From Octopus sinensis (lineage: Eukaryota): 64,000 nucleotides of DNA. The stretch spans positions 18,414,001-18,478,000 of the forward strand of contig NC_043022.1 of assembly GCF_006345805.1 (NCBI RefSeq), given 5' to 3'. The translations under genes and the position numbers were made by a program. This document shows positions 13,456-24,750 of this stretch, piece by piece. Position 1 is the stretch's first letter, and every line of letters starts with the position of its first letter. Under the pieces are notes generated by a model, which did not search any database, was not told where the DNA came from, and saw only the letters and a program-made list of their open reading frames with translations.

Positions 13456-14794
13456 TTAATATCATTAGCGACATTTCATCTGCCCTTATGTTCTGAGTTC
13501 GAATTCCACTTTGGTCAACTTTGCCTGTCGTCCTTTCGGGGGGTGATAAAATGAGTACCACTCAAGCACTGTGGAGGCGCAATGGCCCAATGGTTAGGGC
13601 AGCGGACTCGCGGTTTCGATTCCCAGACCAGGCGTTGTGAGTGCTTATTGAGACGAAAACACCTAAAAAGCTCCACGAGGCTCCGGCAGGGGATGGTGGT
13701 GATCCCTGCTGTACTCTTTCACCACAACTTTCACTGTTACTTCCTGTTTCTGTTGTACCTGTATTTCAAAGGGCCGGCCTTGTCACTCTCTGTGTCACGC
13801 TGAATATCCCCGAGAACTACGTTAAGGGTACACGTGTCTGTGGAGTGCTCAGCCACTTACACGTTAATTTCACAAGCAGGCTGTTCCGTTGATCGGATCA
13901 ACCGGAACCCTCGTCGTCGTAACCGACGGAGTGCTTCCACTCAAGCACTGAGGTTGATGTAATCAATTAATCCCCATCCACCAAAATTGCAGGCCTTGTG
14001 CCTATAATAGAAAAGATTATTATTATTTTCATTATCATCATTATCCTCTTCTTTCAATTTTGTTTCAATTTCTTGTCAAGTGTCTTCCCGACACCTAGGG
14101 CAAAGAAACTCACTGTATACATTGGTAGGACATTAAAATAAACACACCAGATTGTTCATTTACAAAGTCATGTGGTAAAGAAACGGATACATATATGTAC
14201 ATGTTCAGTCCCACTGCATGGCACCTTGGGCAAGTATCTTCTACTATAGCCTCGGGCTGACCAAAGCCTTGTGAGTAGATTTGGTAGACGGAAACTGAAA
14301 GAAGCCCATCATATATATGTATGTGTGTGTCTATATGCTTGTGTGTCTCTGTTTGTGCCCCCAACATCGTTTGACTACCGATGCTGGTGTGTTTATGTCC
14401 CTGTAACTTAGCGGTTCGGGAAAAGAGACGGATAGAAAAAATACTTGGCTTACAAAGAATAAGTCCTGGGGTTGATTTGCTCAAGTAAAGGCGGTGCTCC
14501 AGCATGGCCACAGTCATATGACTGAAACAAGTAAAAGAGTATGTATGTGTAGTCTTATAGATACCTTGTGTGTATGTATATATATATATATGTGTGTGTG
14601 TATATATATACACACACACATCCACACCCTCCTGTATGTATACACACAAACATACCTTCTTGCATGCATATATATTTGTATATATAGATATATATATATT
14701 ATCTATTGTCAATGTTTTGTTAACATATTAACATATGCCAATATTCTTAATTTGAGAGAGAAGAGGTGGGGGGGCGAGATTAAATTTGATTGCT

Positions 14795-15550
14795 ATTTCT
14801 AGCCAATCAGACAACTGCATTGTGGCTCTCATCTGGGGGTCATTTAGCCGTGGGCAATTGCACGCATATATATATATATGTGCGTGTATGCGTGTGTGTG
14901 TTTGTGGTGATGGGATATGATAATTAAATTAATTAACGGCACCTAATGAAACAAACAGAACATGCGGAAACGAACTTGTTTAAACGAATTAATGCCACGC
15001 TCTCGACCGTTTGTAAACGACCACCCACCACCTCGCACAGAGACCTTACGCAACCATTCCCCTCATCAACACTACTCGTATGGGACGGGGTAGGGTGGGG
15101 GTGAGGGGTGGGTTCTCGGAAGGGGTTTTTATATGGCAACCTTCCTTGATTAATTATTTATAGTTGATCAAGTTATTTACTCCTCCCCCCTAACCTTATT
15201 CCCTCTCTTACTCCTTCCTCTTCCACTCTTCTCTTCTTCCTCTTCTTCTCTCTCTCTCTCTCTCCCTCCCTGTCTCGATCAGTGGAGCAGTTGTTGTATG
15301 TGTGTATTATCCAATTTGGAAAGGTCAAAGGTCACCTGTAAATCAAACTTGGCGAAATTTTGGCTGAAGAACTGGTAAAAGTTTAAAAAATAAAAATAAA
15401 TACACAAAGAGGGAGAAGAAGAAGAACCGATGGCAGAGATCCAGGAGTCAATTTATAATTAACCAATCTTTTAAAAGAGCAGTGCCAGAACCATATTTAC
15501 GAATTTCTGTTGATGGCTAATTAGTAAAGATATTGACCTATTGACCTGAA
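14795..15550. promoter_or_regulatory. Candidate intronic cis-regulatory module
   Basis: Mostly non-repetitive island with AGCCAATCAG (14801), TAAT clusters, a G4-type run (15082-15112), a perfect DR1 (15322-15334) and a perfect DR2 (15534-15547). Confidence 0.4.
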
Positions 15551-15785
15551 AGCTTTCATACAGTCAAATAATAATGCTACCCCCTACACATCAATGTATG
15601 TTTGTACATGCATATGTATCTCTCTCTCTCTCTCTGGCTGTGTAGGAAGAAGCTTGCTTGCCAACCACATGGTTCCAGGTTCAGTCCCCCTGCATGGCAC
15701 CTTGGGCAAGAATTTTCTACTATAGCATTTGGCTGACTAGAGCCTTGTAAGTGGATTTAGTAGATGGAAACTGAAAGAAGCCCAT

Positions 15786-15828
<43 letters not shown>

Positions 15829-17628
15829 CTCTCTCTCTCTTTCAGAGAGGCACTGAGCAGCTATATGCACATAGACACACAGGGCAGTAACTTCCACCTA
15901 CTGAATTCAATGACAAAGCTTCGGTCAGCTCGGGGTTATAGTGGAAGACACCTACCCAAAGTGCCATGCAGTGGGACTGAACTCGAAACCATGTAGCTAA
16001 GAAGCAAGCTCCCTAACCACACAGCCATGCCCATTCATATTTGGAATTAAATAAATTCCGCCTTGGTCGAATTTGCCTTTCATCCTTTCGGGGCCGATAA
16101 ATTAAGTACCAGCTACGCACTAGGGTCGATGTAATCGACTTAATCCCTTTGTCTGTCTTTATTTGTCCCTTCTGTGTTTAGCCCCTTGTAGGCAATAAAG
16201 GAATAAAATACATGGATAATAAAAAAAAAATAGGTATACACAGTATACAATGAAAAGGAAGGGAAATGCAAAGGTTAAAAAATAAAAGATAAAAATAGAT
16301 TTTAAAAGGTGGTTGATGATAGAGATGTAATCCTCCTGATACTGGATGACCTCTAGGGATAATCGAGGCACTCCACCGTCCAAGGCCGAGTGCCCTCTCT
16401 AATTCCCCTTCCCTGACTCACAGGTCTACACTTAGAGAGGTAATAGCAACGATGGTGATTTCTTTTAAACTAGTTGACAGAGAAGCCATGTTGTACTTGT
16501 AATAAACCCAAGCCTTAGATATGTACGGATGCATTCAGTTATGCATGAGTTGTTGGGAACAGGAACGCCATTAGTGGTGGTGGTGGTGGTGGTGGTGGTG
16601 GTGGTGGTGGTGGTGACATTTATATGATAGTGGGAGAGAGGATGATGATGGTGGTTGTGATAGTGATGATGATGGTGGTGGTGTTGATGATGATGATGGT
16701 GGTGGTGGTGATAGTGATGATGATGGTGGTGGTGATGATGATGGTGGTGGTGTGGTGATAGTGATGATGGTGGGGTGGTGGTGGTGGTGACATTTATATG
16801 ATAGTGGGAGAGAGGATGATGATGGTGGTTGTGATAGTGATGATGATGGTGGTGGTGTTGATGATGATGATGGTGGTGGTGATAGTGATGATGATGGTGG
16901 TGGTGTTGATGATGATGGTGGTGGTGGTGATAGTGATGATGGTGGTGGTGGTGGTAGTGATAGTGATGGTGGTGGTGGTGTTGATGATGGTGGTGGTGGT
17001 TGTGATAGTGATGATGGTGGTGATAGTGATGATGGTGGTGGTGATAGTGATGATGGTGGTGGTGGTGTTGATGATGGTGGTTGTGATAGTGATGATGGTG
17101 GTGTTGATGATGATGGTGGTTGTGATAGTGATAATGATGATGATGGTGATGATAGTGACTGAGATACTGATGTCTTCCATTACAGGTAAATAATTAAAAA
17201 CAAGAAACTAATACTAATTAGGAGAGTCGTTGGTAAATGTGCTCAAGTGTGAGTGAGGGTGTGTGAGTGAGTGCACTTCCTATTAATAAAAAAAGAAACC
17301 ATTGATACTGATCTTTACTGGATATATACACGCAATATGAATGGTTTATATACATGCAAGCTTTTGCATGTGGCTTCTGTGTTTGTACATGCACACACAC
17401 ACACACGTTTTAATACCACCACACACACACATAAAAGCATACACACACGTACAGACACCACCACCACCATCACAACCACCATCATCATCAACACCACCAC
17501 CACCATCATCACTATCACACCCACCATCATCATCAACACCACCACCATCATCACTATCATAACCACCATCATCATCCTCTCTCCCACTATCATATGAATG
17601 TCACTACCACCACCACCACCACTGCAAA

Positions 17629-17675
<47 letters not shown>

Positions 17676-18122
17676 CACATAAATATATATACATACATAC
17701 ATATAGTGTACATACATACATGCATGCATATATATGTACATACACTCACAACATATCCAATATTTATATATAATATATTTATACAAACTTCTAGATAGGC
17801 AGACACACATATACACACACACATATGCATATATATATACATATAAACATTTCTGGATACACATGCATATATATATATATATATATGCACATGTGTATTC
17901 AAACTTCTCATTACACATACAAACACATGTGCATACACACACATTGTAGAGCAGTACATATAGAAACATGAAATGATATAAACGTATACCTGTAAAGATA
18001 ATTAGTTATAAATACACATACAAACTCACACGCACGCACGTGTGCATGCTAATGTGCTATTACTTACACGTCTAACAGATGTGTGCGCAAACATACTATG
18101 AATATTAACCTCACCTGCACAC

Positions 18123-18156
<34 letters not shown>

Positions 18157-18244
18157 TAACACGCTTATTTACTCACTCATAGCAACCAATCAACTATTTA
18201 TACATATTTAAAAACACCTGTTCATACATATAGATTGATAGGTA

Positions 18245-18372
18245 AATAGATACATACATACATACATACATACATACATACATACATACATACATACATA
18301 CATACATACATACATACATGCATGCATGCATGCATGCATGCATGCATGCATGCATACATACAACATACATAA

Positions 18373-18404
<32 letters not shown>

Positions 18405-18467
18405 GCATGCATGCATACATACATACATAAATACATACATACATACATACATATATATGCATGCATG

Positions 18468-18501
<34 letters not shown>

Positions 18502-18572
18502 CATACATATATACATACATACATACACACATACATACATACATACACATACATACATACATACATACATAG
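18245..18572. repeat. (TACA)n/(TGCA)n microsatellite
   Basis: Direct inspection. Confidence 0.95.
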
Positions 18573-19006
18573 GCAGACTGTTAGATAAATAGGTAGGTAG
18601 GTAGATAGATAGATATATAGAACAAGCACACACAAACAACATTAATTATACAAGTGCAAACACACACAATTTTATATACAGATGTGAAAACTGGCATAGA
18701 TCAATACATATGTATAACTTATTGCTGTACTCACACCAATACATGTTTAGATACTATTAGAGATATATGAACACACACACACACACACAAATGGTCCTTT
18801 TATCTGTCTACGCACACATAGATAACTATATACATAGACTCAGCAAAATCTTTTTATTCTCGTGTAAATATGCTTAACCATATATATATATATATACTTA
18901 TATATATATATATATAGTTAATCCAAACAAGAAAGCACAAGAAAACACAACAACGCAAGGACGTGGAACAAATATAGTATTATTGGACGCTCAGGAAAGA
19001 AGGAGG

Positions 19007-19041
19007 GTTTAATGTTTCGAGCAGAGCTCTTCGTCGGAAAC
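19007..19041 (-). ncRNA. Decayed minimal hammerhead motif
   Basis: The minus strand reads GTTT CCGACGA A GAGC-TCT-GCTC GAAAC ATT AAAC. U4C and a stem III G>A change relative to the GAAACGTT-type motif. Confidence 0.45.
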
Positions 19042-19096
19042 ATAGGAGAAGGGAAGACAGAGGGAAAAAAATCGCCAACGGTACACACGAGGTCAC

Positions 19097-19129
<33 letters not shown>

Positions 19130-19499
19130 TACATACATACAGGAGACCAAAAGTGTATATACGCTGCTAATATGTATATATAAACAAAACAAAAAATGGA
19201 ACCAGAACACAACAGGCAACAACAAAGCATTCAGTTATTTAGACGAAACAAAGAAGGACAGGAAAAAACAAGGATGGGTCATTCGGAGAGCTTTCTGTCA
19301 TCAGTTGAGTTACAAATCATCATAATTTTGGTAGACTATTTGAAAAAAATCTACATTATTTATGAAGCACTTCCAATTTTAATTTTTTTTCTCAAACATT
19401 CCAGTGATAATTATAATTGATAATCATAATTTTCATTGTAAGTTAATCTATATTAGAGCAGTCTTCCTAATTTTAAAATAAGTTTGAGAAGTGCCATAA

Positions 19500-19501
19500 T
19501 A

Positions 19502-19538
<37 letters not shown>

Positions 19539-19830
19539 CATTGTGTACAGTGCTCAGGTGCACTACAACTCATCTAAAGTGTATATATAATCAGGTGTAG
19601 TTTCGGCGGATTTCGGAAAGCATGAGGGCCTTAAAGGATGCAGTGTCATGGCAGTCAACAACTGACGCAGGCAGTTTATTCCATGCTTCAGCAACTCTGA
19701 GCGTGAAAAAATGTTTCCGAAAGTCATGGGAGCTGTGTTGTTTTCTGACTTTGTAGGCATGTCCACGTGTGTTGGACACATGGAGATCAAAAAGGTAGAC
19801 GAAATTGCCAATCTTTGAGTTAGTTTGGAA
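19500..19830 (-). mobile_element. CR1/L2-like LINE 3' end with (TTA)n tail
   Basis: NTRGHAYKVRKQHSSHDFRKHFFTLRVAEAWNKLPASVV on the minus strand, followed by a short 3' UTR and TTA repeats. Confidence 0.75.
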
Positions 19831-21515
19831 CTTTTGGCAATTAAGCTTTGCTGTGAGGTTTTGAAGTTCGTTTTGCAAAGGTGTGGTTTCTGGTTCAGTT
19901 CCATTGTGGAGCACCATGTGCAAATGTCTTCGACTATATAGGCACAGGAGTGGCCGTGTGGTAAGTAGCTTGCTTGCCAACCACATGGTTCCGGGTTCTG
20001 TCCCACTGCATGTCACCTTCGGCAAGTGTCTTCTACTATAGCTTTGGGTCATCCAAAGCCTTGTGAGTGGATTTGGTAGACGGAAACTGAAAAGAAGCCC
20101 ATTGTATATATGTATATATATATATATGTATGTGTGTGTTTTTGTGTCAGTGTTTGTCCCCCCCAACATCGCTTGACAACTGATGCTGGTGTGCTTACGT
20201 CTCCGTAACCTAGCGGTTCGGCAAAAGGAGACCGATAAAATAAGTACTAGGCTTGCAAAGAATAAGTTATGGGGTCGATATGCTCGACTAAAGGCGGTGC
20301 TCCAGCATGGCCACAGTCAAACGACTGAAACAAGTAAAAGAGAGTATTGCTCCAGGCCAACCAATACCTTGCGAGTGAGTTTGGTGGACAGAAGCTGAAA
20401 GAAGCCTGTCATATATATAGATTAGTATGTGTTTGTCCCTCACCACCGCTTGACAACTGGTGTTGGTGTGTTTAAGAAAAAGACTTAATCAATACATAAA
20501 ATTTTAATAAATTGACTATTTATTAAAATTTTATGTATTGATTAAGTCTTTCCTTGTTTGTTTTGCAAAATAGTGGTTTTGTCTCTAATAATATTTTATG
20601 ATCGTGACGATGCCGGACCCTCCGGCCCCTGTGCAGGTGGCACGTAAAAAGCACCCAATCCACTCACGGAGTGGTTGGCGTTAGGAAGGGCATCCAGCCA
20701 TAGAAACTCTGCCAGATTCAGACTGGAGCCTGGTGCGGCCCCTGGCTTCCCAGACCCGGTCAAACCGTCCAACCCGTGCTAGCGCGGAAAGCGGACGTTA
20801 AACGATGATGATGATGATGATGATGATATATATATAAACAAATATCTAAATACATACATACATATATATACACCTGTCAAACCAAATTTTGCTTGAGGTC
20901 ATGTTCATACCTACATATATATATATATATATTGAGGCATACATATACATATATAAACATACACATGGCCTCTGCTCACTGCCAAATATTGCCAAAAATA
21001 ATGCCGATTGCTGCTAATATTTGGTGCCAAACATTGTGGAGTTGTTTAGTTTAGAAAATATTAGTGAACTTTTACAAATCTTTGGAGCCAAATATTTCCA
21101 AAAAGATATATATATATATATATATATAATAAATATTAGGGAATAAATCCAAATTTACAGGGAAAAAATCAGATTTAGGATTAAATCCAATTTTATAGTA
21201 AAATATTATAAAATATTATTAGAGACAAAACCACTATTTTGCAAAACAAACAAGGAAAGACTTAATCAAAATAGTGGTTTTGTCTCTAATAATATTTTAT
21301 ATATATATATATATATAATAATATCAGGGTAATAAAGATATCTTTTTTACTCTGATATTATTAATTATTGATAATTTTTTTCTGGAAAATTGTTCGAAGA
21401 AATGCCGGTATTTTTTTTTCTGCCGACAAAATACTGCTCTTGCGCAGTGGATTTGAAAAATTATAATGTATAAGCAAGAGGCATATGCTGGGTTTGCCTC
21501 GTACTTATATGTTTA

Positions 21516-21602
21516 ATCTAGGTGTACCTGCTGAGGAAGACTTCGCCTAGCAAATTATTTTATTTGCTAAAACAGTCTGAAACCATAGTCCAGGAGATAG
21601 AT
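21516..21602 (+). ncRNA. Type I hammerhead ribozyme motif, intact core, extended stems I and II
   Basis: Stem I CCTG/CAGG plus ATCTA/TAGAT; CTGAGGA at 21531-21537; stem II AGAC/GTCT plus TAGCAAAT/ATTTGCTA; GAAA at 21579-21582; stem III AC-CATA-GT; cleavage triplet GUC at 21588-21590. Confidence 0.75.
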
Positions 21603-21733
21603 GGTAAATGTTTTTATTTTTCATTCCCTTCAAGTTTTTATCCCTAATAATGGTTTGGACTTTAGCTGTTCCTTCTAGCATGAAAGGAATCCTATGATGG
21701 ATACCTCTTAGTGTTTAAATGTACACTGTATTT

Positions 21734-21775
<42 letters not shown>

Positions 21776-21920
21776 TTATATATAGAGGGCATTATACATA
21801 CATGCCAGAGGGCATTATACATACATGCCACACGCTAAGAGGGACAATTAGTCATTTCTACCAAAAATATTACTAATCCCACCGAATGCAATTTTTCAAA
21901 GTAAGACATTTAAAAAATAT

Positions 21921-21968
21921 AGACCTGTATCACAGTGATTTCATACTTACGTATTCATCAGCAGGCCT
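21921..21968 (-). ncRNA. Minimal type I hammerhead ribozyme motif, intact core
   Basis: The minus strand reads AGGCCTG CTGATGA ATAC-GTAA-GTAT GAAA TCAC-T-GTGA TA CAGGTCT. This gives a 7-bp stem I, a GNRA-capped stem II, a palindromic stem III and an AUA triplet. Confidence 0.8.
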
Positions 21969-22276
21969 GAATGTATCATAAATAAACGACCCTGCCCCGC
22001 TTAAGCCGATCAGCTAACTGATCAACATCAACGAAGCACATATATATATATTGTGAAATTTGATTTAATACTACATTGAATTTTTCCCTGTAAGTTTGGA
22101 GTTATATATATATAGTGCATATGCATTGTTGTATGGTTAAGAAGCTAGCTCTGCAACCATGTGGTCAAGTTCGGTGGCATTGTGTGGCACACTGGAGAAG
22201 TGTCTTCTATTTTAGTTCCAGGCTAGCCAATGCTTTCTGAGTGAATTTAGCAGATGGAAACTGTGTAGAGGCCCAT

Positions 22277-22316
<40 letters not shown>

Positions 22317-22886
22317 CACAGACATACATATACTTATGGTGTGTGTCTCTGTTTCTGTGTTCATCATCACCATTCCATGACTTAACAGTTCAGCGAAAGA
22401 GGCTGATAAAATAAGTATCAGACTTTTAAAAAAGGGGCAAAAAAAGTATAAGTACTAAAACCCTTGAACCCAGTGACCCAGCATCATCCCGATACAATGA
22501 AATTTTGGGAAATAAAGGAGTATGAGTATGAGCAAAACTTACACAGTGGTCTGTATTTTTAAATTATTTCAATATTTTGGATTAAACCCGCTCCTTATCA
22601 AGAAAATAAAGGACTAGCTAACTTCATCTGCATAGATCAGAATAACTTATTGAGATAAGTTATTTTGATCCATGCAGACAGAAGTAGTTTGTAATCTATT
22701 TTCTTGATAAGGAGTTTTTTTAATCCAAAATATTAAATTACAAGTTAAAAATACCAACTTTTGTTCTTCTGAGACTTTGGTTTTGATTCTGTTTACACTT
22801 ATTTTAGTTCCTTGTATTGTAGAGGTATTTCTTAGATACTATTTTGATTCATGTGTGTGTGTATATATATATATACATACATACAT

Positions 22887-22920
<34 letters not shown>

Positions 22921-22938
22921 CATACATACATACATACA

Positions 22939-22970
<32 letters not shown>

Positions 22971-23266
22971 CACATACATACATACATACACACATACACA
23001 CATACACACATACATACATACATACATACATACATACATACACACACACATACATACATACACACATACATACATACATACATACATATATTTATATATA
23101 TTTTTTTTTTTCATACGCACACATATATATACACATTCACAGACACATCTTTTTCATCTATATATATCTATATCCATTTATACCCATGTCTATATGTAGG
23201 CATTAATCTATGTGTATATACTGATATGCAAAGAAATACATATATGTACATGTACATTTATGTGTG

Positions 23267-23301
<35 letters not shown>

Positions 23302-23432
23302 ATACATACATACATATACACACACACACACCCCTTTATGCATCTCTGTATATCACTATATTCATATACATATAAATATATCTATGTATATACACCAACT
23401 TGTGAGTTCATATACTTGTTCAAGCACTTGTA

Positions 23433-23464
<32 letters not shown>

Positions 23465-23709
23465 CATAAATATATGTATGTATATATACACACACACATA
23501 TCCATATGCACTCATTATGCATCTGTTTGTGTATGCATATACGTACAGATAGAAGCATACACATACACATACACACACCTAGTAGTCTGTTCAATGTTTT
23601 TGTGTTGATAAATAGTTGGAGAAAAGGAAAACTACTGAGGAACCCCCCTCCCCCCCCAAAAAAAAACCCACTAACAAAACAAAGCATTCCTTCAGAATCT
23701 CTCAGAAAT

Positions 23710-24495
23710 ACTACCGACACCACAACCACCACCATCATCATCATCATTACCATCATCATCACCATCATTGTTATCATCATCATTACCATCATCACCATTA
23801 TCACCATCATCATCATCATCATTACCATCATCATCATTACCATCATCACCATTATCATCATCATCATCAACATCATTACCATCATCACCATTATCATCAT
23901 CATCATCGTTACCATCATCATCATTACCATCATCACCATTGTCATCATCATCATCATCATCATTACCATCATCATCATTACCATCATCACCATTGTCATC
24001 ATCATCATCATCATTACCATCATCATCATTACCATCATCACCATTATCATCATCATCATCATCATCATCACCATTATCATCATCATCATCATTACCATCA
24101 TCATCATTACCATCATCACCATTGTCATCATCATCATCATCATCATTACCATCATCACCATTATCATCATCATCATCATTACCATCATCACCATTATCAT
24201 CATCATCATCATCATTACCATCATCATCATTATCATCATCACCATTGTCATCATCATCATCATCATCATTACCATCATCATCATTACCATCATCATCATT
24301 ACCATCATCATCATTACCATCATCACCATTATCATCATCACCATCATCATCATTACCATCATCATCATTACCATCATCACCATCATCATCATTACCATCA
24401 TCATCATTACCATCATCATCATTACCATCATCATCATTACCATCATCATCATTACCATCATCACCATTATCATCATCACCATCATCATCATCGTC
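23710..24495. repeat. Compound (CAT/CAC/TAC/TAT) trinucleotide array
   Basis: About 780 bp of CATCATCATTAC-type units, which explains the overlapping low-complexity ORFs on both strands. Confidence 0.95.
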
Positions 24496-24709
24496 AGAAA
24501 ATATAAATTTGATTTTGACATTTTTACCTCTTCCTTTTTTTCTTTCATTTCTTATAATTCTTTTTTTTTTTTTTGATATTTTTCTGTAGTAATTATTCAA
24601 TTTATGTAAATATTTTTTCACAGTAGCTTTTTAACTTCCTCTCCACCTTTTCCTTCTCTCTCTCACTCACTCACACACACACACACACACACACCTCCTT
24701 CTCTTTTTC

Positions 24710-24750
<41 letters not shown>

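Noticed and set aside
13572-13650. tRNA-like sequence with A and B boxes (also 46891, 51363)
   Set aside because: Runs directly into a SINE body and lacks a complete cloverleaf or acceptor stem, so it is a SINE head and not a tRNA gene.
15430-15462. ATG in the regulatory island (MAEIQESIYN*)
   Set aside because: Ten codons, no donor before the stop, and no homology evident.
19268-19310. CTGANGA...GAAT-GACCC-(G/A)TC motifs (also about 7308-7345 minus and 63968-64000 plus)
   Set aside because: GAAA is replaced by GAAU and stem I does not pair, so they cannot be called hammerheads. They may be a variant family worth a covariance check.
23382-24621. Five overlapping 270-390 aa ORFs (poly-M, -I, -H, -D, -S)
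   Set aside because: All are translations of one trinucleotide array that lacks stops in several frames, with no splice or domain support.
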